In this document: in pieces, positions 22,561 through 33,775 of the stretch | Position numbering within the stretch: position 1 is the stretch's first letter | How the letters are laid out: every line of letters starts with the position of its first letter | From: Savitreella phatthalungensis | Taxonomy: Eukaryota | Length of the DNA stretch: 64,000 nucleotides | Assembly (NCBI GenBank): GCA_051599415.1 | Contig: AP039697.1 | Location: 310,001-374,000, forward strand | Direction of reading: 5' to 3' | Notes under the pieces: generated by a model | What the model saw: only the letters and a program-made list of their open reading frames with translations | The model's database searches: none | Told to the model about the DNA's origin: nothing | Program-made: the position numbers and the translations under genes

Positions 22561-23790
22561 CTACGCTCTGTATCCGTACCTGCGGAGCTCATCGCAGTTT
22601 TTGAGCTTCATGTTTCGAGCTTCGTTTAGAGCTTTCTTATCGACTGAGAAGAATCCGTATGCATCGTTCATGCGTCGTTCCCGATCCTGGTGCTCCCACT
22701 CGCAGCTTTCTCGAAGACTGCGGATATATGTCGTCTCTGCACGTTTGTCAAGCTGCGCAAGTTTGGCAGCAGACAGAGGCGCAACTTGTGCAGGATCGAC
22801 GTAGAAAGGGATGTTGTGAGCCGGCGTGTGTCGAATGCTCGTGTACGGGACTTGCTCGGAGAAAGCATAGCCCGGCGCGTTATTGAAGAAGCCGGCAGAG
22901 TCGCCACCTCCGAACAGGCTCGAGAATAGAGATGAAAGGACTGAAAAGCCGAGAATGACTATCAAAGGCAAGAGCTGTATCCAAGACTGATTGCGCGCAC
23001 CACCTGCATTAGCCGCGCCTGTCTGTCCCGAGAATCCTCCGCCACCGAAATGATGCACGCGGATACCTGGTCCACCGAAGGACACAAAGGGCGAATCAAA
23101 GCCACCGCCATGCATACCTCGACCACCACCGAAGAACATATTGAACAAGTCCTCTGCAGCCATCTCATCTCCAAAGCCGCCAAAGCCTGGATGGCCCCTT
23201 GCCTGAGTGAACACGCTCGCCGCGCCTCCACCGCCTCCACCGCCGCGACTATCCGGATCTGCACCATATCGATCGAAATGCGACCTCTTATCTCCATCTG
23301 AAAGAATTTGGAAAGCGCGTGAGACCATCTTGAATGCCTCATCTGCCCCCGGCGCACCATTCTTGTCAGGATGCAGCTGAAGAGCCAGTTTGCGGTATGA
23401 CTTCTTGACCTCCCCGTCCGTCGCTTCTCTCTTGAGGTCGAGAATTTCATAGAATGCCGTATGCTTGCACTTGCGAATTCGTGACACAATACTCGCCTGT
23501 TCTGGGGTGTAGCTTCGTTCATTATCCGGTGTCGTGGTCTGCTGCGCCGCGTTTCGCCGCCTCGCTGCGGTAGCGCCTTCGGCAGACGTCGCAGCAGTCG
23601 TCCTGGCGCCGTTGCTATCATTTGCGGCGGACGTCGTCATGTGAGCGAGGCGACGGAGAAGGGCCTGGACTTCAGGAGAGTCATGCAAACTCTCCGCTTT
23701 TTTCGCAAAGCGCAGGGCTCCTGCCACGTCATTTTCGGCCAGCTTACGCTTCGCGATTGACACACAGCGATCAGCCTCGTCTTGGTTCAT
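22561..23790 (-). CDS. HLJ1: ER membrane J-domain co-chaperone (DNAJB12/Hlj1 type)
   Basis: MNQDEADRC N-terminus, J domain with HPD, G/F-rich region, TM, C-terminal DUF1977-like domain. Confidence 0.9.
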   Translation of the reverse strand: MNQDEADRCVSIAKRKLAENDVAGALRFAKKAESLHDSPEVQALLRRLAHMTTSAANDSNGARTTAATSAEGATAARRRNAAQQTTTPDNERSYTPEQASIVSRIRKCKHTAFYEILDLKREATDGEVKKSYRKLALQLHPDKNGAPGADEAFKMVSRAFQILSDGDKRSHFDRYGADPDSRGGGGGGGAASVFTQARGHPGFGGFGDEMAAEDLFNMFFGGGRGMHGGGFDSPFVSFGGPGIRVHHFGGGGFSGQTGAANAGGARNQSWIQLLPLIVILGFSVLSSLFSSLFGGGDSAGFFNNAPGYAFSEQVPYTSIRHTPAHNIPFYVDPAQVAPLSAAKLAQLDKRAETTYIRSLRESCEWEHQDRERRMNDAYGFFSVDKKALNEARNMKLKNCDELRRYGYRA

Positions 23791-24082
23791 AACAAGACAA
23801 AGTCAGGCGAGAAGCAACTCGAATCACAGCTTGATTGAGTGTCTGGGCTCAATCCTGTAAAAGCTGGACTCTCATCTTTGTCGAGATTGGATACGTGGAT
23901 GCTCGGGCACGCGAACTCACGAGTGGCGCAGTAAACCGCCACAAATCAATTCGAATGGATTTTTGAGTGCTGGTGCATCGATTATTAGAATGCCGCGGAA
24001 CGGCAGCGCTGGTGCTGGACGTGTGAATGAGGTCGGTGTGCCTTGTCAACATACGAGAACATTGAGCTCAAAGCATCATCGC

Positions 24083-25174
24083 ATGCAATCCGATGAGATC
24101 ATCAGCTTGATAGCGCAGAAAAGAGCGCAGGCCAGGGAACTCTTTGCCGAGGCACGTCAGCAGGGCGTTGTCCCAGATGGTCGAGCTATTCTGGCACTCA
24201 GAGCGGAAGAAAAGAAGCTCAGTGAACAGTTGAAGCAGTCGGGGCATGAAAAAGACGGAGCAGGGAGCATTACGGAGGTCGAGAATGGTTTGTTCCTTGG
24301 CGGCCTTGAATCAGTAAAGCTTGATGTTCTTCGACGAAATAAAATCACTCATGTCCTTACAGTCTGCTCGATACATCAACCACCAGTCGAGGTGCTTGCC
24401 GACCTCCGCTGCAAAACTATCGCTGTACTTGATCACGAGGATGCGAATCTTCTTCAGCACTTCAATACAGCCATTGCCTTTATTGACGAAGCACGCGGAA
24501 ATGGCGCTGTCCTAGTACACTGCCACGCAGGCCAATCTAGATCACCTGCTATCGTTGCAGCGTATCTGATGAGACAACGCGGATTGACACGTGATAACGC
24601 CATTGCGCAGCTTCACGCCGTGCGAGATCTTGAAATCAATGAGAATTTCCTCGAGCAGCTCAATGTTTTCCAGGCGTGCGGGTACACGACGGATCCGAAT
24701 CACCCTAGCTACATTCGATGGACATTCCTTCATCAGGCGCGCATACGCCAGGTCAGTCGCTTCAATGACACAATGCAGGACTCGACATCCACTCACAGCT
24801 CTGTGGGGCACACGGCGATTCGATGTCGACGCTGTCGGTACGTGCTCGCATCTGAACGCTACGTGATCGAGCATGAACCAAAGACACCGGGGCGGACTGT
24901 TAATGCATGCGCACATTTCTTCATCGAACCGATCCGATGGATGAAGAAGGAGCTCGATAAAGGCCAGCTCGAAGGTCGTTTCGACTGTCCAAAGTGCAGC
25001 ACGAAAGTCGGTGGTTATGCTTGGCAGGGCATGACTTGCTCATGTCGTCGCTGGATCCTCCCTGCTCTGGCGTTACAAAGGGCTAAAGTGGATGAAGTTC
25101 GTCAGCGTGAACCTGTCGAGCTGCTATGCAACAAGCGAGCTCAAGCTCCTGCCAAGCTTATTGGCCCCATGTAG
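24083..25174 (+). CDS. YVH1: Dual-specificity phosphatase with C-terminal zinc-binding domain
   Basis: VHCHAGQSRS active site; CRRCR, CAHFF, CPKC, CSC zinc ligands. Confidence 0.92.
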   Translation: MQSDEIISLIAQKRAQARELFAEARQQGVVPDGRAILALRAEEKKLSEQLKQSGHEKDGAGSITEVENGLFLGGLESVKLDVLRRNKITHVLTVCSIHQPPVEVLADLRCKTIAVLDHEDANLLQHFNTAIAFIDEARGNGAVLVHCHAGQSRSPAIVAAYLMRQRGLTRDNAIAQLHAVRDLEINENFLEQLNVFQACGYTTDPNHPSYIRWTFLHQARIRQVSRFNDTMQDSTSTHSSVGHTAIRCRRCRYVLASERYVIEHEPKTPGRTVNACAHFFIEPIRWMKKELDKGQLEGRFDCPKCSTKVGGYAWQGMTCSCRRWILPALALQRAKVDEVRQREPVELLCNKRAQAPAKLIGPM

Positions 25175-25696
25175 GATGGAATTTGTCGAGCTCGCTTATA
25201 CATCGCTCATCAAGTGCCGGTACCAAGTGAGATAAAAGATGCGGGAGATCGTGACGGACACTTTTCCCATCCAGGTACTGTTGACTGTCAATCTGTGCCC
25301 TGTCATCGGCAAATATTGCAGCGAATTCCACTGCTTCGGCATTTGCCCAGAGGTCGGATTTCGATTCTATTCGTTGATGCCGTGAGGGAGGGAGGAATCA
25401 GATCAATTCTATTGGCGGGTACCCAGGTTGTACTAAACGACGTACTTCAAATTGATACGAACCGCATTATTCATCTGAAGTTTTGATTTCTCGCACCCGC
25501 GTGTATCGAGGACCTCGATCAAACTAAAGTGCGCGTAATGGCTATCCCGTCAGTCTGAGTCTTTTCCTCCACTATATACAGAGCATGACGCGCAATATCA
25601 TTGTATTTTGAGAGACAGCTTCAAGACAAGGCACCTGTATGGACACCTGAGTTGTTTTGTTGATTGTTCTGAGGTCTGCTTCCATATTGAATACGC

Positions 25697-28600
25697 ATGG
25701 CGACACAACGGCCGGAAGAGTCATCGAGCGCGTGCTCTGAACCTGATAAGTCACATTCAGGGCAAGATGTGCGGCTGAAGAAGCTCTCCATATCAGACGA
25801 CGAATCGACCACCGCCTCCACAGAGCGACGTCCGCATCGGACGTTCTTGCAGAAACTCAATCCTTTAAGCAGAGCAAATCCGCCGCCGATACCGCAACAT
25901 GCTGGTGTTTCACCCGAGGCAACAGCTGGATTTTTCTCCCGCCTTACTTGGGGCTGGATGACGCATTTGCTATGGGTCGGCTATGCTCGCCCGCTGGAGC
26001 AAGGCGATCTATGGGACGTTGCGCCTAAGAACGAGTCCAGACTGCTCACAGAGACGCTCATGGCCAATTTTGCGAAACGACGAGCACGAGGCGGAAAATT
26101 TCCCTTGTTCTGGGCGTTGAGTGATTCACATTTTTGGATGTTTTGGACGGCAGGTATCATGAAAGTTGCTGGAGACACAATTCTCACCTTGAGCAGCATT
26201 GTAGTCAGACACTTGATTCAGTTCGTCGCCCAGGCATATTACGCTCGTCACGATCCAGCGATCCCGAAGCCTCACATCGGCAAGGGCATCGGTCTTGCAG
26301 TTGGACTATTCCTCATGCAAGTCGTCAATTCGCTCCTGCAGCATCACTTCTTCTATCAGAGTATGATGACAGGAGCACTATCTCGCGCCGGCCTGATAGC
26401 AGCAATCTACCAAAAGTCACTTGTTCTCAGCAACAAGAGTAGACTGGAATACACAAACGGCAAAATCACTAATCTCATGTCGACGGATACGTTCCGCATC
26501 GACTTCGCCGCCGGCTATGCCCATATTCTATGGGCGTCAATTATACAGCTCATTGTCATTCTTGTCATCTTGATTGTCAACATTGGGCCGTCAGCACTAG
26601 CAGGCTTCGGTCTACTACTCATCTCAACCCCGATTATGGGGAAAATTGTTGGTATGCTCGCTAAGAAGCGCAAGCAATCCACCATCTTCACAGACAAGCG
26701 GGTTCGTCTGATGCAAGAAATCCTGGCCTCCATGCGCATAATCAAATTCTATGCTTGGGAGAAGAGCTTCATGGACAAGGTGCAAAGTTTGAGGCTGCAA
26801 GAAATGGCGCTCGTGCAGTGGATGCTCGTATCTCGCTCAGGCGTGAATGCAGTCGCTATCACCATTCCAGTGTTTGCCACTATACTCGCTTTCGTGACGT
26901 ATTCGCTCTCGGGTCATGCTCTCAATCCTGCTGTGGTCTTCGCGTCTCTCACACTCTTCAACTTGTTGCGGATGCCGTTGATGTTCTTACCATTGGTCTT
27001 TGCATCCACAACCGACGCACACGTCGCCCTAGGTCGAATCGAGAAGATGCTAGTCGCCGAAGAAATTCCAAAGGATTCTGCGACCCAGGATATTGCTCTA
27101 CATCAAGGCGACCTCGCCGCGCAGACCGCAATTAGTGTGACTATGGGCGACTTCGTCTGGGACACGTCCACAGAGACAGGGAATGCCAAGAAAGAGAGTC
27201 AACATTCCGTGAAGACCAAACCAGGATGGATCTCGCGAATTCTTGGCAAGCAGCGCGCCACAGGACTTGAGCAGCAAGCAGTGGCTCCCTCAGCCGTCAA
27301 CGTCGGTCCACTCGCTGGCAAAGAGAAGCAGATTCATGCGAATGAGAAGCCCACGCTCTCTGACCTAGAAAGTGCTCGCGGCCCCGTCAGCTTCGGCCTG
27401 AGCAACCTCAATCTCAGCATCAAACGAGGAGAGCTTGTCGCGATCGTCGGCGCCGTTGGCTCGGGCAAGTCCTCCATCCTGTCTGCCCTGGTCGGCGAAA
27501 TGCGTCGTGTCAACGGCAAAATCACATTAGACGGCAGCCTCGGCTATTGCGCCCAGGTCCCATGGATACAAAACGCTACTGTCAGGCAGAACATTCTCTT
27601 CGGTCAAGAATTCGACCAGGAGCGATACGAAAGCGTCGTAGAGGCCTGCGCCTTGGAGCCTGATTTCGAGCTCTTTCCACATGGTGATGACACTGACATC
27701 GGAGAACGGGGCATCACTATATCTGGCGGACAAAAGCAGCGCCTCAATATAGCGCGCGCGGCATATTTTGATGCGGACATGATTCTACTGGATGATCCCC
27801 TGAGCGCCGTCGATGCGCACGTCGGTAATCACCTGTTCGAAAAGTGCATATGCGGGCTCTTGGCCGGGAAAACACGAATCCTTGTTACTCATCAGCTTCA
27901 CATATTGCCACGTGTCGACCGTATTCTCGTGGTCAGAGATGGACAGATTACCGAACAAGGTACGTATCAAGAGCTGATTGATCGTGCTCAGGACTTCGCT
28001 CGCATCCTCCGTGATTTTGGAGGAAGTGAACAGAAAGGCACAGATGCAGCGGAGACCCCCGAGATCCACGAGAAGCTCGCATCAGCTACACTGAAGCCTG
28101 CCACGGCCAAGCAAGGACCTATGCTGGAAGAACGCGAAACTGGCGCGGTCGCTTGGCGTGTCTACACTGCATACTTTCGTTCTGGCGGTGGTCTCTGGAC
28201 CGTCCCGGTCATCCTGGCCACACTCGTGCTAGCTGTTGTGGCGAACGTTGGTAACAATCTCTGGCTATCTTACTGGTCTAGCGACGAATTTAACAGGCCG
28301 GACCGATTCTACATCGGCATCTACGCCTCTTTCGGCTTTGCACAAGCTTTTGGATATTTTGCGCTCGGTTTTGGACTCACGGTGGTAGGCAACAGAGCTT
28401 CGCGCTGGATGCATCATGCTGCGGTCGAGCGCATCATTCGCGCCCCAATGTCGTTCTTCGACACAACCCCCCAAGGACGTATCATCAATCGCTTCAGCAA
28501 AGATTGCGATACTATGGACAATCTCTTGTCCGATTCGATACGCATGTTCTTGTCGACGCTCGGCGCCATCGTCGGCGCATTCGTCCTATCGATTGTGGTC

Positions 28601-29914
28601 TATCATTACTTTGCTGCCGCACTCGGTCCTCTGCTATGCATGTTCTATTGCTTCGCCCTATACTACCGTGCATCAGCGCGTGAGATCAAGCGACTGGACT
28701 CCATATTGCGTTCTTCAGTCTTTGCTCAATTTGGCGAGACACTCACGGGGCTAGCAACAGTGCGAGCCTATGGTGTGCAGCATCGGTTCATTCAGCAGAA
28801 CCTCAAGTTCATCGACCAGAACAACGCTGCGTATTTACTCACCATCACAAACCAGCGCTGGCTTGGGCTTAGGCTGGACCTGACCGGCAATTTGTTGATT
28901 TTCGTCGTCGCCATACTGGCAGTCACTTCGAGATTTGCCGTGGGCCCCTCTACCACAGGCCTTGTGCTTGCGTACACTATGCAGGTCATTGGCATGATTG
29001 GCTGGATGGTGCGTCAATTTGCAGAGGTGGAGAACAACATGAACGCGACTGAGCGGATCTATCACTACGGCACACAGCTCGAGACCGAAGCTGCATTGAC
29101 CAGCTCTGCCGATACAATGCCACCGCCAGCCTGGCCATCTGAAGGCTCAATCATGCTACGTGACGTCAGTATGGCTTATCGCCACGGATTGCCACTCGTC
29201 CTCAAGAATTTGAGTTTGACAATTCAAGGAGGCGAACGCGTCGGTATCATTGGCCGCACGGGTGCTGGCAAGTCGTCTATTCTTGCCGCCATTTATCGCA
29301 TGAGCGAGTTGTCCGCTGGCCAAATCATCATCGATGGTATCGACGTTTCAAGAATTGGTCTTCACGAGCTGCGCTCCAAGCTTGCGATTATCCCGCAAGA
29401 CCCTGTTCTCTTCGCCGGCACCATCCGCAGCAATCTTGACCCAGATGGCAAGCATTCTGACCACGATATCTGGCAGGCACTGTTGAAGTCACACTTTGCT
29501 CACAGCGCGACTTCGAGCCCGAGCGCAACCCCGATCATGGTCAACGGCGAGGACAAAATGAAGATCACCTTAGACGCTAGCGTCGACGACGAGGGTCTGA
29601 ATTTTTCGCTTGGGCAGCGACAGCTCCTGGCAATGGCCAGAGCTTTGCTCCGACGTGCACGTATACTTGTCCTCGACGAGGCAACGAGCAGCATCGATTT
29701 TGAAACGGATGCGCTTATTCAAGAGACCATCCGGCGCGAATTCGCTGGCACAACCATCTTGTGCATCGCTCATCGCCTGAAGACCATTGTTCACTTTGAC
29801 AAGGTCTGCGTAATGGAGGCAGGTCATGTCGCTGAATTCGACACACCCAAGCACTTATATGACCGTCATGGCATCTTCCGCTCGATGTGCGAGCGCTCGA
29901 AGATCGTTCTGTAG
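25697..29914 (+). CDS. ABCC/MRP multidrug transporter, Yor1-like
   Basis: TMD-NBD-TMD-NBD architecture; GAVGSGKS/ISGGQ/ILLDD and GRTGAGKS/FSLGQ/LVLDE. Confidence 0.95.
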   Translation: MATQRPEESSSACSEPDKSHSGQDVRLKKLSISDDESTTASTERRPHRTFLQKLNPLSRANPPPIPQHAGVSPEATAGFFSRLTWGWMTHLLWVGYARPLEQGDLWDVAPKNESRLLTETLMANFAKRRARGGKFPLFWALSDSHFWMFWTAGIMKVAGDTILTLSSIVVRHLIQFVAQAYYARHDPAIPKPHIGKGIGLAVGLFLMQVVNSLLQHHFFYQSMMTGALSRAGLIAAIYQKSLVLSNKSRLEYTNGKITNLMSTDTFRIDFAAGYAHILWASIIQLIVILVILIVNIGPSALAGFGLLLISTPIMGKIVGMLAKKRKQSTIFTDKRVRLMQEILASMRIIKFYAWEKSFMDKVQSLRLQEMALVQWMLVSRSGVNAVAITIPVFATILAFVTYSLSGHALNPAVVFASLTLFNLLRMPLMFLPLVFASTTDAHVALGRIEKMLVAEEIPKDSATQDIALHQGDLAAQTAISVTMGDFVWDTSTETGNAKKESQHSVKTKPGWISRILGKQRATGLEQQAVAPSAVNVGPLAGKEKQIHANEKPTLSDLESARGPVSFGLSNLNLSIKRGELVAIVGAVGSGKSSILSALVGEMRRVNGKITLDGSLGYCAQVPWIQNATVRQNILFGQEFDQERYESVVEACALEPDFELFPHGDDTDIGERGITISGGQKQRLNIARAAYFDADMILLDDPLSAVDAHVGNHLFEKCICGLLAGKTRILVTHQLHILPRVDRILVVRDGQITEQGTYQELIDRAQDFARILRDFGGSEQKGTDAAETPEIHEKLASATLKPATAKQGPMLEERETGAVAWRVYTAYFRSGGGLWTVPVILATLVLAVVANVGNNLWLSYWSSDEFNRPDRFYIGIYASFGFAQAFGYFALGFGLTVVGNRASRWMHHAAVERIIRAPMSFFDTTPQGRIINRFSKDCDTMDNLLSDSIRMFLSTLGAIVGAFVLSIVVYHYFAAALGPLLCMFYCFALYYRASAREIKRLDSILRSSVFAQFGETLTGLATVRAYGVQHRFIQQNLKFIDQNNAAYLLTITNQRWLGLRLDLTGNLLIFVVAILAVTSRFAVGPSTTGLVLAYTMQVIGMIGWMVRQFAEVENNMNATERIYHYGTQLETEAALTSSADTMPPPAWPSEGSIMLRDVSMAYRHGLPLVLKNLSLTIQGGERVGIIGRTGAGKSSILAAIYRMSELSAGQIIIDGIDVSRIGLHELRSKLAIIPQDPVLFAGTIRSNLDPDGKHSDHDIWQALLKSHFAHSATSSPSATPIMVNGEDKMKITLDASVDDEGLNFSLGQRQLLAMARALLRRARILVLDEATSSIDFETDALIQETIRREFAGTTILCIAHRLKTIVHFDKVCVMEAGHVAEFDTPKHLYDRHGIFRSMCERSKIVL

Positions 29915-29972
29915 ACATTCGAGCATCAAAATAATGTACAAATAACTCGTAATCTTCCGTCGAGGTGCGTGC

Positions 29973-30944
29973 TCAGCATGACTCAGCCGCATCATCTCGT
30001 TCGAGAGCTCGCTTCATGGTGCTGCTAACAAGCTCAAAAGTAACGAGTGTCAAAGCGGAGGCTGGAACAGTCCGGACCATATTGGCGCCCATGCCGACGT
30101 AAAATGTTCGCCACCCTTCTTCGACGAAGATTGTGCGTGCGGCATGCGCTATTCCGCGGTATCGGTTGCGTGGATCGCCTCGCGGATACGTTTGATTCTG
30201 CATCCGCGTACGAAGCACTTCATGCGGATAAGTGGTTGTCGATGCTATCACCTTCGACATCGATGATGCTAGGAGAAGCGTGCTGACATGCGCATCTTGC
30301 TCGTCGGCCCCGAAACTCAGCTTGAGCTGTTCGTAGAGAGGGAATTGGACTGCCACATGCCCAATACCCAGCAGCGACGGACCAAGCCCTTTGTAAAAGG
30401 TCATTAAGCCTTCTTCAGCGTACATGCGCTGAAATGCATGCAGTGTCGATCGATACTTCATGCCTCCTGTGTGGGATGGCGACTGTGTCATCATGCGCGT
30501 CTTGACGACCCAAATGGGATTGGTTAGTGTGGTCGACACCGCGCCAGCAGTCATGGCAGCGCCGATGTTCGCGACGGCAGACGACTGACCCGCTGAGCTG
30601 GAGTATATCTGACGACAATTCTGGTAAATAGCAAAGTAGCTTGCCCATGTTGGAAGATAGCCAAGAAGAACAGGACCAAGCCCTCTATACATTCCCCTGA
30701 TACCTTCTCCTGCCCAGATCGTCTTCAGTGAATTGATGATACCTTGATAGCGGACTTCGCTGCCTCCGATATTGCCAGAATGCTGAGCTTGCAATCGAGT
30801 CTTCACCACGTCAAGAGGACACGTGGCGATGGACGACACGAGACCTGCACACGCACCTGCGATCGCGTTGATTGTAGTGTCCGACAGCGGAATCACATAG
30901 TCGCGATGTGTGCCACCGACGTGGTACGGCCGCTCTCTGCCCAT
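29973..30944 (-). CDS. Mitochondrial carrier, NAD+ transporter (Ndt1/Yia6-like)
   Basis: Three PxxxxKTR-type signatures: PLDVVKTRLQ, PIWVVKTRM, PHEVLRTRMQ; GYLPTW. Confidence 0.88.
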   Translation of the reverse strand: MGRERPYHVGGTHRDYVIPLSDTTINAIAGACAGLVSSIATCPLDVVKTRLQAQHSGNIGGSEVRYQGIINSLKTIWAGEGIRGMYRGLGPVLLGYLPTWASYFAIYQNCRQIYSSSAGQSSAVANIGAAMTAGAVSTTLTNPIWVVKTRMMTQSPSHTGGMKYRSTLHAFQRMYAEEGLMTFYKGLGPSLLGIGHVAVQFPLYEQLKLSFGADEQDAHVSTLLLASSMSKVIASTTTYPHEVLRTRMQNQTYPRGDPRNRYRGIAHAARTIFVEEGWRTFYVGMGANMVRTVPASALTLVTFELVSSTMKRALERDDAAESC

Positions 30945-31171
30945 GAGAACCTCACGGAAGCATGACTCGTGATCAGCACTAAGGTTGCCAGTGACGCTGG
31001 CTTTTTGACGTAGGTCTTATCGGACATTCGTCAAGCTTGAACTGAAATGAATCGAATCGTCGATCAGAACGATTTGCGTGCATCTAGGAAGAGCGGGTGA
31101 AAGCACAACGGACGTCATTCACAAAACCAGGACAATTGATACTACCAAGCAGACCCTCTTTAACAATCACT

Positions 31172-31423
31172 ATGGCAAAGTTCACGGGCCGAACAGTCAT
31201 GGCACCGGTGGCTGCCTTCAGCATGGCCTGCATCGTCTATGCATACACCCGCTCATCTATTCATGCTGCCAAGATGGAAGTGGCGGATCGTCGACGCAAA
31301 GACGGAGGAGGTCTGGATCTGAGACGCGAGTCATTGCGTAAGCGTGGACTGAATCCAGATAAAGTTGATGACTACGACAGGGATGAGCAGCAAATTCGAG
31401 ACCTCATCAATCGCCGGACGTGA
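31172..31423 (+). CDS. Small single-TM protein of unknown function (83 aa)
   Basis: ATG in good context; hydrophobic PVAAFSMACIVYAY followed by a charged tail; fills the gap between the carrier and ADE12. Confidence 0.7.
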   Translation: MAKFTGRTVMAPVAAFSMACIVYAYTRSSIHAAKMEVADRRRKDGGGLDLRRESLRKRGLNPDKVDDYDRDEQQIRDLINRRT

Positions 31424-31480
31424 GTGACGATAAATCAGATTCCGTCTACTTTCTCTATATCGACAATTACTTTCAGAACC

Positions 31481-32840
31481 TCAGCACGCCTTTTCTAGCA
31501 TCGACTCGCGACCTGGCCCGACGCCGACCATGCCGACGGGTACGCCAACAAACTTCTCGATGAAACTAACGTAGTCCTTCGCAGCCTGCGGCAAGTCATC
31601 GTACGTTTTGCAGCCAGTCGTTGGGGTATTCCAGCCAGACAAGGTAACATACTCGACCTTGGCACGCTCCAAAGCATTCAAATCCGCAGGGAAATACTCA
31701 ATCTTTTTGCCGTCGACCTCGTAAGCAACTGCGACTTCAATTGACTCGAAACCATCCAGGACATCAAGCTTTGTGATGTTCAACCGGGTATAACCATTGA
31801 TGGCGGTCGAATAGCGAATCACGACGAGATCCAGCCAGCCACATCGACGCTTCCGCCCAGTGGTGACTCCCCATTCGCGACCCACGTCTTGCAGCTTTTC
31901 GCCGATCTCGTTCAACTGCTCGGAAGGAAATGGCCCGGCACCAACGCGAGTTGTATAGGCCTTGACGACGCCCCACACAGTGCCGATTTTCTGCGGTGGC
32001 ACACCTAGGCCAGTACAGACTCCACCGATCGAGGTTGGCGACGATGTGACGTACGGGTACGTGCCGAAATCGAGGTCAAGCATGAGCGCATTCGCGCCCT
32101 CAATCAGGATTCGCTTTTCCTCACGGAAAGCAGTGTGCATGAAGTGGACAGCATCGATAACGTAGGGAACAAGCGTCTTGCGAATGTCTCGATAGTAGTT
32201 CAGTTCCTCCTCAGCATCATAGTCGAATTTGCCGTAGCGAAGCGTCCGAGTAGACAGGTTTGTCCGGAAGCGCTTCTCAAATTCCTCCCAGTCGGTCATC
32301 AGATGATGTAATCGAACTCCGCTGCGCGACGACTTGGATGAATATGTCGGTCCAATTCCCTTGCGGGTGGTGCCTAGTGACTTGGAACCAAGTTCGCCCT
32401 CCTTGAGCCCGTCAACGACCTGGTGGTAATCGAATACGAGATGAGCACGGTCGCTAATGAAGATCCGGCCGTCCACGTTGAGTCCCTTGTCCACGATTGC
32501 CTGTAGCTCCTTGAAGAAAGCGGGAATGTGGACGACGCAGCCGGATCCGATCAAATTGACACATTTCGGGTTGACGAGACCGCTCGGCAAGATATGAAAG
32601 TCAAACATCTGGCCATCGACAACGATGGTGTGTCCAGCATTATTACCGCCTTGACATCTTGCACACACATCGCTTCCGTCAGTGAGGATATCGACTAGCT
32701 TGCCTTTGCCTTCATCGCCCTAGAAGCGGTCAGTCTTCATGAAATTCAGGTCTCCTCGACGGAGGTACAAGAGACTCGGCACATACCCACTGACTTCCGA
32801 GAACGACCGTGGCCAGGCCAGATTTTAGATTGACTGCCAT
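31481..32840 (-). CDS. ADE12: Adenylosuccinate synthetase; intron 32720..32786
   Basis: Splicing GTATGT..CTGAC..TAG restores [42 protein letters not shown]. Confidence 0.97.
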
Positions 32841-33775
32841 CCTTGGCTGAAAAATGCGTGAGCTGCGTTGACGACACCGTTCATTGAAATGATTTGAGAT
32901 TTCGAAAGCTATGCTGCGCTGCTTCCGGTTTCTGCCTCATTGCAACATATAGGATAAAATATTAATGGCTGTCCTGCATGCAAACCTGAACTTGACTCTG
33001 AACTGAATCAAATTCGATGGCTCAGCTGGCTCGACAAGAGAAATTTGTCTGAATCGTTGAAGATCGTGGTAGTAGAAGTGCCTATGTCCTCTAATCAAGT
33101 TATTGGATATTCCATTTCGAATCAAAGCGAATCAATTTGAACTCATCATCTGTAAGCCACCGCAAGGATTTTGTTCGGACTCCTCGTTTTGGTATTGTAG
33201 CTCTAAACCAGAGGTTTCGGACTTGTCCATACGCCGTCGAAGCCCAGTTAGCAGTGAAGGCTCAAAACCTGATTGCAAGTTTGGAATGCACGAATCGAAA
33301 GAAAAAAATTGAATCGATACGCCTCCTTGCTATGAGTGTCTGCTGTCCAGTGCGGAAAATTCAATGCTGTAGGCGACTTGATCTGTGCATCATGCATTGC
33401 AATGTGCATTTGCGCGCTAAACACTGCAAACGCTGACCAGCCATACTAATTCAGGCTCGCGCGTAACCGCAGTCAGGCCGTGGACGCTTTGGACACATCC
33501 TTGACGCTCGTGATCGCACGTACCGACTAGCACGTATCGAAATGTGTGAATAACGACGAAACCAGCCCTCATTGCTCGCAGCGCTGACGGGACCTCGAGA
33601 TACATACAGCACGATATAGCAGGTCATCTTAGGCCCGAGGCAGGATCTCCTCGAAGAACGATCAAATTAGTGACCAAGGACATTATCGTTAGCCCAGAGA
33701 ATTGTGGGCGCTGCAAGTCATCGTAGAAGGCGCTGCCGTCATCAATCAGGCTCAAGCGAGCTATGAAGTCGAAAC

